64,000 nt of DNA from an uncultured Planctomycetota bacterium (GTDB lineage Bacteria; Planctomycetota; Phycisphaerae; Tepidisphaerales; Tepidisphaeraceae). The notes under the pieces are model-generated. The model worked only from the letters and a program-made list of their open reading frames with translations, had not been told where the DNA came from and did not search any database. Below are positions 39,102-49,115 of this stretch, one piece after another. The stretch is from contig CAWJEN010000005.1 in assembly GCA_963841915.1 (NCBI GenBank), forward strand, positions 480,001-544,000, given 5' to 3'. The translations under genes and the position numbers were made by a program. Position 1 is the stretch's first letter. The number at the start of each line of letters is the position of its first letter.

Positions 39102-39152
39102 TCGGCCGACCGTCGTGGCGGGCTGTGAGCGGGGTCGGCAGTCAGCCGCCAA

Positions 39153-39168
39153 TGTTCCACGTGGAACA
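39153..39168. promoter_or_regulatory. parS site
   Basis: Perfect TGTTCCACGTGGAACA, 67 bp from the previous copy. Confidence 0.9.
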
Positions 39169-39329
39169 ATCGGGTCCGCCAGTGCGTCGGCGGGTCGTTC
39201 GCCACCAAGTGTTGCTCGTGAAGATTCTGCGGTCTTCTGCCGTCATTTTTCAAAGGCGGTTGTCGGCCGTCAGTTGAAATACAGCCGTTTCTGACCTGCG
39301 CCGCCGCGGCCGCCACGGCGCATCGAAAC

Positions 39330-39368
39330 GAGCCGCAGGTCGGACCCGGCGGGTCGCGCCTGCGGCTC
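39330..39368 (-). terminator. Hairpin downstream of the PPIase gene
   Basis: GAGCCGCAGG...CCTGCGGCTC stem with inner GACCCG/CGGGTC. Confidence 0.55.
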
Positions 39369-39398
39369 AGAAAGCCGCGGATTCGATGGTGTGAAAGA

Positions 39399-41783
39399 TC
39401 AGCTTTCGTTCTCGACCGAGTCGATGGTGTCACCGGCTTCGCGGTCTTCGTCGGTGTCGTCGCCGTCACCACCGAAGATGGCGTCGTTGCCGGCACCGCC
39501 GCGGAACAGGTCGTTGCCGAAGAAGCCACGGAGCACGTCGTCACCGTTGCCACCTTCGAGCGTGTCGGCTCCGCCGTTGGCCGCGCCGCCGCGTGGGCCG
39601 CTTTCGGCGTCGCCGAGCAGCGTGTCTGCACCATCGCCACCGATGAGCAGGTCGGTGTTGCCGTAGCCGCGGAGCAGATCGTTGCCTTCACCACCGTCGA
39701 GGCTGTCGCGGGAACCGCTGCCGTTGAGCAGGTCGTTACCCGGGCCGCCGCGAAGGTCGTTCTGGTCGAGGCCACCGGTGAGCGTGTCGTTGCCCTCGCC
39801 ACCGATGAGCGTGTCGCGGTCGAAGTAGCCCGCCGCCAGCGTGGCGTCTTCGTAGTCGATATCGGTCCCGCCCAGCAGGTAGTCGTCGCCTGCGTCACCG
39901 ACGATGGAGTCGTTGCCACCAGAGCCGTCGAGCACGTCGTCGCCGTCACCACCGAAGATTTCGTCGTTGGCCAGGCCGGTCGTGACGGTGTCGTCGCCTG
40001 CACCGGCAAAGACGCGGGCGGCCGGGACGTCGGAGGCGAGCACGATCGTGTCGTTGCCGTCACCACCGGTGATTTCGAGAATGCCTACGTCACCGACGGC
40101 CCGGTCGACGATGGAGCCGTTGACGCTGACGCGAACGTTTCCGCCGTTGATGGAGATGTTGATGTCGTCGTCACCGCTGGTGCCGTTGACGCTGATCTGG
40201 CCGTTGGAGCCGTCGTAGGTTGCAGCCAGTCGCACGTCGGCCTGGCTGATGACGACGAGCTCTGCGCCGAGGTCACCGGTAATGGTGACGGTGACGGGAA
40301 GCCCTTCAGCCGTGTCGCTGTAGGTGTGGCTGCCGACGACTTCAAAGGTGCCGGGCGTGGAGCCGGCGCGGACCACGACGTCTTCGTCGGTCGCGTCACC
40401 CGCTTCGCCGTCGACGACGCCGTCGCCCCAGTCGATCTGTGCGGTCCAGTCGTCGAAGGTGCCACCGACGTCGCTGTCGGTGAAGGTGGCGACGACGACG
40501 TCTGCCAATTCGACGCCGCGTAGGGCGCGGACGGTTTGGCCCTGGCCGGTCGCGCCTTCGTCACCGACGCCGACGACAACGCGTTGCACGTCGTAGGGGA
40601 AGCTGGTGTTGCCGCGAATCGTGCGCGGTGCGTCGGCGGTCGTGTCGTTGTTGTCGGTGTCGAAGATGTCGCGGGCGTAGACGAAGAATTCGGCCGGTCC
40701 GGTGAAGCCGCCTTCGGGCGTGAAGGTGACATTGCCGGTGGTGTTGTCGACGACGAGCGTGCCGACGCCCGCCTGTGTCAGGACGGGCGCGCTGCCGCGC
40801 TCGAAGTTGGTGAAGCTGGCGGCATAATCAATGTCGTCACCCTCGGGGTCAGCGGCGAGCGCGTTGATGACGATGGCCTCACCTGCGTCGGTGACGCGGT
40901 TGTCGTCGAGCGGCAGCAGGACGGCCGGGCTGTTCGTGTCGTCGGCAACGGTGTCGAACGTGAACGTGCGGGTCGACGACTCGTTGTTGACGTCGCTGGC
41001 GGTGACCTGGACGCTGAACGTCTGGCCGGCCGTGTCGTTGCCGGGCACGAGGCGGAAGACGGCATCGGTCTCGCTCTGGAACACCTCGACGCTGCTGACG
41101 GTCGGCACGTTCGTCGGTCGATCGCTGGCACCGGTCGGCAAGTCGCTGATCGTGTCGCGGACGTCGAAGCCGCGGATGAGCTGGCCGAACAGGGTGAAGT
41201 TGCCGTCGAGCTGGCGTTGCGGGCCTTCGGTGATGAAGAACTGGCTGGAGTTGGTGTCCTTGCCGCTGTTGGCCATGGCCAGCTGGCCGTCACCGGTGAA
41301 CAGGAAGTCGGGGTCGAACTCGTCGTCGAAGCTGTACTCGACACGCGGGCGGATCGGGTCAGAGTTCTGGCCGTTCTCGGTCGGGTCGCCGAACTGCAGG
41401 ACAAAGTCGTTGATGACGCGGAAGATCGACAGGCCGTCGTAGTACCCGGCGTCGGCCAGACCGCTGATGCGGCGGGCGGTCTCGGGCGCGATGTCGTCGT
41501 AAAGCTGGAACGTCATCTCCCCGAAGCCGTCGACATTCATGCGGAGAAAAGTGTTGTCGCGTGGCAACAGCTCCACGAACGCATCGTCGGCATTGTCACC
41601 GGTCAGCTCGACGGACAGCGTGACGTCGTCGCCGTCGGCATCGGTCGTGCGGACCGGCACGTAAAGCGCCCGGGCTTCGAGCGCCTCGTTGCTGATCGGC
41701 AGCGGCAGCACCTCAGGGGCGGCCAACAGCCGGCGGGCCTCGAGCGTTTCAGTGACGGCGGCACGGAGTCGAACGTGATTCAT
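39399..41783 (-). CDS. Extracellular cyclophilin-type PPIase with Ig/PKD-like domains and RTX Ca-binding repeats
   Basis: ETLEARRLLA leader; YYDGLSIFRVINDFVLQFGDP, LAMANSGKDTNSSQFFIT; IDWGDG; many GGxGxD nonapeptides. Confidence 0.9.
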   Translation of the reverse strand: MNHVRLRAAVTETLEARRLLAAPEVLPLPISNEALEARALYVPVRTTDADGDDVTLSVELTGDNADDAFVELLPRDNTFLRMNVDGFGEMTFQLYDDIAPETARRISGLADAGYYDGLSIFRVINDFVLQFGDPTENGQNSDPIRPRVEYSFDDEFDPDFLFTGDGQLAMANSGKDTNSSQFFITEGPQRQLDGNFTLFGQLIRGFDVRDTISDLPTGASDRPTNVPTVSSVEVFQSETDAVFRLVPGNDTAGQTFSVQVTASDVNNESSTRTFTFDTVADDTNSPAVLLPLDDNRVTDAGEAIVINALAADPEGDDIDYAASFTNFERGSAPVLTQAGVGTLVVDNTTGNVTFTPEGGFTGPAEFFVYARDIFDTDNNDTTADAPRTIRGNTSFPYDVQRVVVGVGDEGATGQGQTVRALRGVELADVVVATFTDSDVGGTFDDWTAQIDWGDGVVDGEAGDATDEDVVVRAGSTPGTFEVVGSHTYSDTAEGLPVTVTITGDLGAELVVISQADVRLAATYDGSNGQISVNGTSGDDDINISINGGNVRVSVNGSIVDRAVGDVGILEITGGDGNDTIVLASDVPAARVFAGAGDDTVTTGLANDEIFGGDGDDVLDGSGGNDSIVGDAGDDYLLGGTDIDYEDATLAAGYFDRDTLIGGEGNDTLTGGLDQNDLRGGPGNDLLNGSGSRDSLDGGEGNDLLRGYGNTDLLIGGDGADTLLGDAESGPRGGAANGGADTLEGGNGDDVLRGFFGNDLFRGGAGNDAIFGGDGDDTDEDREAGDTIDSVENES

Positions 41784-41989
41784 AGGTGCTTTGTGGCGTA
41801 GTCGGATGTGGTTCAGGATCGGCACGAAGGCCGCTGTCGCGGGATCATAACCCCGACGACCGATAAAGGCATCGCACGCTTGGACGCGCGGGGGTGGCCT
41901 TGGTTGTGGGCCAGGATCCCGGAGCGTCGGGACGCGACCGTGAGGGGGTGGAGCGATCAAGCGTTCGCATGAGCTGACGCTCCGACAAC

Positions 41990-42011
41990 GCCACTGAAGT
42001 GGCTTTGCCTC
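41990..42011 (+). promoter_or_regulatory. Shared 22-bp motif, copy 1
   Basis: GCCACTGAAGTGGCTTTGCCTC; 20/22 identical to 59478-59499. Confidence 0.45.
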
Positions 42012-42065
42012 GATGGAGGTCGTCGCGTCGCGTCTCTGTGCCTCCGCCACCAATACCATGACTTC

Positions 42066-43202
42066 ATGCAACGACTCCTGTCATGCACTCTGTGCGTTCT
42101 CCTGCTGACGTGGACGCAAGCAGCCCAAGCACAGCCGCGGGTGACGGTCGACGCAGAAGCCCGAGAGGTGCGCGTGCCTGCCGAGGCCCTTGTGGTCGAC
42201 ATGCCGTTGGAGTTCGTGTGTGTGGTGATCGGGACGGCCGACCATGAGTCGCTCTTGCGGACGCCTGTCGCACCGAGCCAGATCCACGCAGCGTTGCTGG
42301 GCCTTGGGCTTGAACCCGGGCGGCCGCTTCGGTACAGCGAGGCGGCAGACCGGTGGCTGGCGCCGAGCGGCCCGCCTGTGCGGATTGACGTCGAATGGCA
42401 GGACGCCGAAGGAAACACGGTGCGCGAGCGGGTCGGGCGGCTGCTCAAGAACGTCGAGACGGGCCAATCGATGCCGCCGAGGCGGTTTGTGTTCGTCGGC
42501 AGCCGGCTCTACGGCGATGGCCTCTACGCCGCCGACGCGACCGGGCAGGTGGTGTCGCTGGTCAACTTCGAGTCGCCGGTGGTCGATGTGGCCGAGCTGG
42601 CCAGCAACGCCAACGAACTGTTGGAATGGGTCGTCGATACCGACGTGGCCCCGCCGATGGGGACGTTGGTGACGATGATCCTCATGCCCGTCGGCGACGA
42701 CGGCGACGCGCCGGCGACACGACCGGCCGATGAACCGACGTTGCGGGTCGTGCTCGTCAAGGTGCTTGCCGACGGCCGGTACGAGGTCGACGGCTTGGCT
42801 GTCGATGGCGAGTCGCCGGTCCAAGCCATCCGCGCGAAGCTCGAGCCCGACGCCGACGTCCGCGTCACTGCGGCAAAGGACGTGACCGAGGGGCGTGTGG
42901 AGGAAGTGATCCGAAATCTCGCCGCCGCCGGCATCGAGGCGAGCGTCGCGGAGGTTCCGGCCGAGCCGAGTGTCGAAGACCGCATCGCCGCCCTGCGCGG
43001 CGACTGGGAGCGAGCGGTGCTGCCCCGAGCCGACGCCCTGCGCGAGGCGGCCCAGGTGCACTACGAATTGATGCAGGCGTACCAGGACGAGATTAACCGC
43101 CTCGTCGATGAAGCAGACCGCCTGCGACGCGAGATGGATATTCTGCAGGAGCGGTTCGACGACCTGACGACGCCGCGACCGATGGGCACGGGTGGTGAGT
43201 GA
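42066..43202 (+). CDS. Secreted YdjY-like domain protein with ExbD-like segment and C-terminal coiled coil
   Basis: Signal peptide; LEFVCVVIGTADHESLL..IHAALLGLGLEPG, FVFVGS, YAADATGQVVSLVNF. Confidence 0.7.
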   Translation: MQRLLSCTLCVLLLTWTQAAQAQPRVTVDAEAREVRVPAEALVVDMPLEFVCVVIGTADHESLLRTPVAPSQIHAALLGLGLEPGRPLRYSEAADRWLAPSGPPVRIDVEWQDAEGNTVRERVGRLLKNVETGQSMPPRRFVFVGSRLYGDGLYAADATGQVVSLVNFESPVVDVAELASNANELLEWVVDTDVAPPMGTLVTMILMPVGDDGDAPATRPADEPTLRVVLVKVLADGRYEVDGLAVDGESPVQAIRAKLEPDADVRVTAAKDVTEGRVEEVIRNLAAAGIEASVAEVPAEPSVEDRIAALRGDWERAVLPRADALREAAQVHYELMQAYQDEINRLVDEADRLRREMDILQERFDDLTTPRPMGTGGE

Positions 43203-43238
43203 CGCGTGCCCATTCGGCCACTCCTCAGTCATCGTTCG

Positions 43239-44930
43239 TTACTCATCATCTCTACGCATCATCGGGTCGAACCGCTGGGCGATCGGCATGCGGCGGCCGA
43301 AGCCGAAGGCGCGGCTGGTGACCTTCAGACCCGGTGCCGCCTGACGTCGCTTGAACTCGCTGCGGTCGACGAGCTTGATCACCTTCTCGACGACGGCCCG
43401 CTCGTAACCGGCGGCAACGATGGTGTCGGGGCCTTCTTCGTCTTCGATGTACCGCTCCAGAATGGCGTCGAGCGTGTCGTAATCCGGCAGTGAGTCGCTG
43501 TCCTTCTGGTCCGGGGCCAGCTCGGCCGATGGCGGCTTCGTGATCGTGTTCTCCGGGATCAGTTCCTTGCCGGCGTGGTCGTTGTAGTGGCGGGCGAGTC
43601 GATAGACGTCGGTTTTGGGCACATCGCTGAGCAATGCGATGCCGCCGCACATGTCGCCGTAAAGCGTGCAGTAGCCGACGGCCATTTCGCTCTTGTTGCC
43701 GGTGGTGAGCAACAGGCCGCCCGTCTTGTTGCTGAAGGCCATGAGCGTTGCGCCGCGAATTCGGGCCTGCAGATTCTCTTCGGTCAGGCCTTGAACTTCG
43801 AAGACGTCGCCGATCGCCTCGGCGTAAGCGTCGTGCATCGGCTTGATCGGGATGACATGGAACTCCATGCCGATCGCCTCGGCCAGCGCGCGGGCGTCGT
43901 CGACGCTGTGGCCTGAGCTGTAGCGGCTGGGCATGGCGACGCCGACGAGGTTCTCGCCGCCGATGGCCTCGGCGGCGACGGCGGCAGTGACGGCCGAGTC
44001 GATGCCGCCCGACAGGCCGATGACGGCCTTCTTGAAGCCGCACTTGCCGAGGTAGTCGCGGGTGCCGAGCACGAGCGCGCGGCGCATGGCGGTGATGCCG
44101 TCGGTCGGCTGTTCGACGCGGTTGTTCATCGTGTCGAGGTCGACGATGAGCAAATCTTCTTCGAAGCCCTTGGCATGGGCGACGACGTTGCCGCGGGCGT
44201 CGAAGGCACATGAATGGCCGTCGAAGACGAGCTCGTCGTTACCACCGACCTGGTTGACGTAGAGCAACGGCACGCCGTGTCGTCGGGCTTGTTCGGCGAA
44301 GAGTTCGAGTCGAAACGCGTGCTTGCCGCTGACGAACGGGCTGGCCGACAGGTTGACGATGAGCTCTGCCCCGGCGAGTTTGAGGTCGCCCAGCGGGTCG
44401 CGGTGGTAGAGGCGACGCGGGATGAGGCGTTCGTCGTTCCAAAGGTCTTCGCAGATGGTGACGCCGGTCGGCACGCAGCCCGAGTCGCCGCCACGTCGGC
44501 AGAGCTGGATGACGTTGTTGTCGGGCGAGTCTTCGCCGGGCTCGAAGTAGCGGGACTCGTCGAAGACGTCGTACGTGGGCAAGAGGGTTTTGAAGTGCCG
44601 ACTGACGATCTTGCCGCCGCGGAGCAGGGCGGCGGCATTGTGCAGCGGTCGACCGACGGGCGCGAGATTGCGCTCGGCGTAACCGACGAGCACGTCGATG
44701 CGAAGGTAGGCCGTCTCGGCGGCGATGCGGTCGAGCTGACGGGCCTGTTCGTCGAGAAAATCGCCGCGAAGCAGCAAGTCCTTGGGCGGATAGCCGCACA
44801 GCGCCAGCTCGGGAAAGAGCACGCAGCCGCACTCGGCGTCGGCGGCCCGGCGGCTGTAGGCGATGATCTTGTCGGCGTTACCGGCGAGGTTGCCGACGGT
44901 GGCATTGATCTGGGCGAGGGCGAACCGCAT
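43239..44930 (-). CDS. nadE: Glutamine-dependent NAD+ synthetase
   Basis: Nitrilase domain FPEL, K.LLP.YDVFDE, ICED; GLSGGIDS, NLQARIRG, TGNKSE, PSAEL. Confidence 0.96.
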   Translation of the reverse strand: MRFALAQINATVGNLAGNADKIIAYSRRAADAECGCVLFPELALCGYPPKDLLLRGDFLDEQARQLDRIAAETAYLRIDVLVGYAERNLAPVGRPLHNAAALLRGGKIVSRHFKTLLPTYDVFDESRYFEPGEDSPDNNVIQLCRRGGDSGCVPTGVTICEDLWNDERLIPRRLYHRDPLGDLKLAGAELIVNLSASPFVSGKHAFRLELFAEQARRHGVPLLYVNQVGGNDELVFDGHSCAFDARGNVVAHAKGFEEDLLIVDLDTMNNRVEQPTDGITAMRRALVLGTRDYLGKCGFKKAVIGLSGGIDSAVTAAVAAEAIGGENLVGVAMPSRYSSGHSVDDARALAEAIGMEFHVIPIKPMHDAYAEAIGDVFEVQGLTEENLQARIRGATLMAFSNKTGGLLLTTGNKSEMAVGYCTLYGDMCGGIALLSDVPKTDVYRLARHYNDHAGKELIPENTITKPPSAELAPDQKDSDSLPDYDTLDAILERYIEDEEGPDTIVAAGYERAVVEKVIKLVDRSEFKRRQAAPGLKVTSRAFGFGRRMPIAQRFDPMMRRDDE

Positions 44931-44942
44931 GAGGCAGCGTAT

Positions 44943-45849
44943 TCAGGCGACGACGCACTTCGTTTCGGGAAGGCTTGCGTCGGCGTGGGCCTCGTCGGGC
45001 GTGTCGTAGAGCGAGAACAACGTGCCGCCGCTGCCGGTCATGCGGACGGGCCGGCCGAGGCGTTGCTCGCAGTCGTCGCGGAGTTCGGCGAGCTTCGGAT
45101 GCAAGGCAAAGGCGGCCGGTTCGAGGTCGTTGCGAAGGAGCGGCAACAGGTCGACGGCGGCCAAGGTGGACCAGGCGGCGAAGTCGGGCGTGCCGTCGTC
45201 CGCCGGCGGTGGCAGAGCGTCGAACTGCTTGAAGACGGCAGGCGTCGGAACGTGGATACCGGTGAGAATGACGAGCACCGCGTGCCGACGAACAGCGGCG
45301 AAGGGCTCGACCGCCTCGCCGCGACCGGTCACCGTCGCATCATTGACGTGGGTCAAATGATGCTCGAGGAAGAACATCACGTCGCTTCCGACGCCTTCGG
45401 CGGCATCGCGGAGGCGGTCCTCGATCCGGCGCACTGAGCCCGTACGTCGTCTCACGGTGTCGTCGCGCGGCCACCAGCGTCGCGGCGGCGTTGCTGCTGC
45501 CGCCACCGAGGCCGCCACCGCTCGGGATCGACTTGCCAATCTCGACTTCTGCCGAACAAGCGCGAGTCACCGGCGGCAGAAGACGCGACGTCCCACGCCC
45601 GTGCAGCGAGGTTTTTGCCGCTTTCCTCGCCCTGCGGAATGGAGGCGTCGTCGCAGGTGACCCAGAGATCGTGGTTCGGATGCCGAGTGCGCGGCACGCT
45701 GCGGAAGGTCAGCGTGTCGCTTACAGCTCGATCGTCCTGAACCACGACCGCAACGGGTGAAAGCCGCCATCCGTCGGCGGGAAGACCCGCAGATGCAGGT
45801 TGATCTTCGCCGGTGTCGCGATCGTGAAGCTGGCTCCGCTGTCGCTCAC
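44943..45849 (-). pseudogene. ispE: 4-diphosphocytidyl-2-C-methyl-D-erythritol kinase, broken by three apparent insertions
   Basis: PAKINLHLRV, KNLA, KSIPSGGGLGGGSSNAA, GSDVMFFL, GRGE, NDLE and MTGSG are spread over four segments separated by three frameshifts. Confidence 0.85.
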
Positions 45850-47288
45850 GACTTGAACTTCACCGGGCGGCCCATGCTCTCGTAGCTGGCGAGCTTGCGC
45901 TGCAGCGTTCGCACGCTGATCTGCAACGCGTCGGCGGCGTGGGTGCGGTTGCCGTCGAAACGGCTTAGTGCATTCTCAATCGCAAGGCGTTCGAGTTCTT
46001 CCATCGTCAGGCCGCTCGGGATCGCGTCGGCAGAACCGTTGGCGCCGTGCGTCGTGTCGTTGATGAGTTCGTCGGGAAGGTCGCTTTCCTGCAACTGCTG
46101 TCCGTCGGCGAGCACCATCATCCGCTCCAGCACATTGCGAAGCTCACGCACGTTGCCCGGCCACGCGTATTGGGCGAAGGATCGCATGACCTCGGGCGTC
46201 ACGCGGTCGACGTTGAGGTCGCGGCTCTTGGCGATGTCGCGGATGAACTGGCTGACGAGCAGCGGAATGTCGTCGGGCCGATCCCGAAGGGGCGGCAGCG
46301 TGATGCTGACGACGTTGAGCCGATAGAAAAGGTCTTCGCGGAAGTCGCCCTCGCTGACCATCTTGCGCAGGTTGCGGCTGGTGGCGGCGACGACGCGAAC
46401 ATCGACCTTCTTGTCCTCGTGGCCACCGACGGGCGTGAGGGTGAGCGTCTCGAGCACGCGGAGCAGCTTCGCCTGCAACCCCAGCTCGAAGTCGCCGATT
46501 TCATCGATGAACAACGTTCCCGCGTTGGCCTGCTCGAAACGGCCCATGCGTTTGTCGGTCGCACCGGTGAACGCGCCACGCACGTGGCCGAACAGTTCGC
46601 TTTCGACCAGCGTGCTCGGCACAGCGGCGACGTTGACGGCGACGAACGGCCCCTTCTTGCGGGGCGAGTTGTGGTGCAACGCCTGGGCGACGAGTTCCTT
46701 GCCCGTGCCGCTCTCGCCGAGGACCAGCGCGGTCGAGTCGACCGGTGCTGCCCGACGGACCATCTCGAAGACACGCCGCATCTGCGGGCTTTCGCCGATG
46801 ATCTTCTCGACGCCGAACTTGTGGTCCAGACGCTCGCGGAGTTGGCTCAGCTCGGTGTCCTTGCGTCGTGCCTCGATGGCACGCAGCAAATGAATCTCCA
46901 GATCGTCGGGGTCGATCGGCTTGGTGATGTAGTCGTACGCGCCAGCTTTGATGGCGCTGACGGCAGTGCTGACCGAGCTTTGACCGGTGATCAGAATGAA
47001 CTGCGTGTCAGCCTGTCGGCTCTTCCAGAGCTTGAGCAGGTCGAGGCCGCTGACGTCGCCCATGTGCAGATCGCTCAGGACGATGTCGATCTCTTCATCG
47101 ACATAACCAAGCGCTTTATCAGGGCTCTCGGCCGTAAACACCTCGTGGCCGATAGCGCGGAGCAGCTTCTGCAGGGCGTTGCGTTCGGCGGCGTTGTCTT
47201 CGACAATCAGGATGCGGCCTTGCGGCGATCCGCCGTCTGACTTGGAGCGCGATGAACCGCTTTGAGAGTGGGCAGGAGGTGCGGTCAC
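45846..47288 (-). CDS. NtrC-family sigma-54-dependent response regulator
   Basis: Receiver domain; GESGTGKE, ESELFGH, GAFTGA, FIDEIG, WPGNVREL; Fis-type HTH. Confidence 0.95.
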   Translation of the reverse strand: MTAPPAHSQSGSSRSKSDGGSPQGRILIVEDNAAERNALQKLLRAIGHEVFTAESPDKALGYVDEEIDIVLSDLHMGDVSGLDLLKLWKSRQADTQFILITGQSSVSTAVSAIKAGAYDYITKPIDPDDLEIHLLRAIEARRKDTELSQLRERLDHKFGVEKIIGESPQMRRVFEMVRRAAPVDSTALVLGESGTGKELVAQALHHNSPRKKGPFVAVNVAAVPSTLVESELFGHVRGAFTGATDKRMGRFEQANAGTLFIDEIGDFELGLQAKLLRVLETLTLTPVGGHEDKKVDVRVVAATSRNLRKMVSEGDFREDLFYRLNVVSITLPPLRDRPDDIPLLVSQFIRDIAKSRDLNVDRVTPEVMRSFAQYAWPGNVRELRNVLERMMVLADGQQLQESDLPDELINDTTHGANGSADAIPSGLTMEELERLAIENALSRFDGNRTHAADALQISVRTLQRKLASYESMGRPVKFKS

Positions 47289-47501
47289 GTGTCTGATGAG
47301 GAAGCTGTATCGCGGCGGGGCGTGAGAATGGATACGACAGGCCGTCGCGGTCCAGAGGTTTCGTCGCAGCTTACCGGCAGTCTGCCGTAGCTGACGACTC
47401 ATTAAATTTGACATTCGTATCGGCGTCGTACTGTGCAGGCTCCGGGCACGTGGCGGCCCGGCCTCAGGCCGATCGAAGGCCGTTGACGCGTGAGAAGCAC
47501 C

Positions 47502-49115
47502 ATGCTCCGCCGGCTCCGCCGAGTCCGACTGTCGCTGGCGACGAAGTGCCAACTGCTGTTCGGTACTGCGGCGGGCATCATCATCGTCGCCGCCCTCACC
47601 GTCACGTGGCAGCGGATCGAGCAGCTCACCGAGCGACAGGATCACGTCGCCACCGACGTGCTGGCCCGGCAGGCGCTGGCAGAACATGCCGAAAGCGGCT
47701 CGCTCGACCACACCGGCTCAGGCTTTATCGAGAGCGAAGGGGCTTTGGTCAGGCGGCCCCGCATCGTCGCCGTTGACAATCCCGACCGGCTCACGCCTTT
47801 CGAGCAGACGGCCCTGCGGAACTTCGAGCAACGGCCTGATTGGCTGCGGTACCGGGAAGAGGCGGGCCTGCCCCCGGTCGAGGCGGGTGCGCCTGCCAAG
47901 CGTGGTCTGCGGACGGCGTGGGCGGCGCGGGCGACGGCAGACTGTCTGTCATGTCATGGGCCGCAAGGTGGCACATCACCCGTGGTGTTGCCTCCTGCCG
48001 ACGGCGAACGACCGCCGCTCATCGGGTTGGCGAGCGTGGAAGTCGTCAGCCAAATCAGCCAGCGGGAGCGACTGCTTAACCGCGGCTTCCTTATCACTGC
48101 CGCCTTGGCCGCGGCGGCGACGGCGACGCTGACGCTCTACTTCATCCTGACGCGCCTCATTCTCTCACCCGTTCGCGTCCTGCAGGACGTGGCCGAGCGA
48201 GTTCGCGGTGGCGACCTCAACGTTCGCGCCGACCTGGCCACGGGTGACGAATTCGAGACGTTGGCCCGCACGGTCAACGAGATGGTCGGTGGGCTGCAGA
48301 CGCGAAACGAGCAGCTTGCCCGCGCTAACCGCAGCCTCGACACGCGACTGGGCGACCTGGCCGCGGCCAATGTGGCGCTCGACGAGAGCAACCGGCTCAA
48401 GGGTGAGTTCCTGGCGAACGTGAGCCACGAGCTGCGAACGCCGCTGAACAGCATTCTGGGTTTCGCCGACCTGGTGAAAACGGGGGCCAAGGAGCAGCCC
48501 AAGGTCCAGCGTTACGCGAGCAACATTTCAGCCAGTGGCCAGTCGCTGCTCGAGCTGATCAACGACCTGCTCGACCTGGCCAAGATCGAGGCGGGCCGGA
48601 TGGAGGTGCGTCGGGCACGGCTGAGCCTGAGCGACATGTTCGAGGCGCTGACGGTGCTGCTCGGCCCGATTACGGCGAAGCGGAAGGTCAAGCTCGTACG
48701 GGAAGTCGGTCCACGCGTGCCGATTCTTGAAACCGACGGCGGTAAGCTGCAACAGGTGCTGTACAACCTGCTCAGCAACGCGATCAAGTTCAGCCCGCAA
48801 GGCGGCCGCGTTGATCTTGTCTCACGTCTGGAAATCGGAGACGACGGCGAGCCGGGCCGTCACGTGCGGATCACTGTCACCGATCAGGGGCCGGGCATTG
48901 ATCCGTCGAACCACGAGCACATCTTCGAGAAGTTCAGCCAGATCGACGGCAGCGAAACCCGCTCGTACGGCGGAACGGGCCTTGGCCTTGCGATCAGCCG
49001 AGAGCTGTCAACACTGCTGAGCGGCGAGCTGACGGTCGAGTCTCGGCTGGGTGAGGGGGCGACGTTTATCTTGCGCTTGCCTGTGACGCCGCCTGTGGTG
49101 GCGAAAGGAGGGTGA
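47502..49115 (+). CDS. HAMP sensor histidine kinase with periplasmic CxxCH
   Basis: Two transmembrane helices, CLSCH, HAMP, FLANVSHELRTPL, NLLSNAIKF, DQGPGI, GGTGLGL. Confidence 0.94.
   Translation: MLRRLRRVRLSLATKCQLLFGTAAGIIIVAALTVTWQRIEQLTERQDHVATDVLARQALAEHAESGSLDHTGSGFIESEGALVRRPRIVAVDNPDRLTPFEQTALRNFEQRPDWLRYREEAGLPPVEAGAPAKRGLRTAWAARATADCLSCHGPQGGTSPVVLPPADGERPPLIGLASVEVVSQISQRERLLNRGFLITAALAAAATATLTLYFILTRLILSPVRVLQDVAERVRGGDLNVRADLATGDEFETLARTVNEMVGGLQTRNEQLARANRSLDTRLGDLAAANVALDESNRLKGEFLANVSHELRTPLNSILGFADLVKTGAKEQPKVQRYASNISASGQSLLELINDLLDLAKIEAGRMEVRRARLSLSDMFEALTVLLGPITAKRKVKLVREVGPRVPILETDGGKLQQVLYNLLSNAIKFSPQGGRVDLVSRLEIGDDGEPGRHVRITVTDQGPGIDPSNHEHIFEKFSQIDGSETRSYGGTGLGLAISRELSTLLSGELTVESRLGEGATFILRLPVTPPVVAKGG

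Noticed and set aside
38989..39398. oriC in the parS-containing intergenic gap
   Set aside because: No TTATCCACA-type DnaA boxes or AT-rich unwinding element seen
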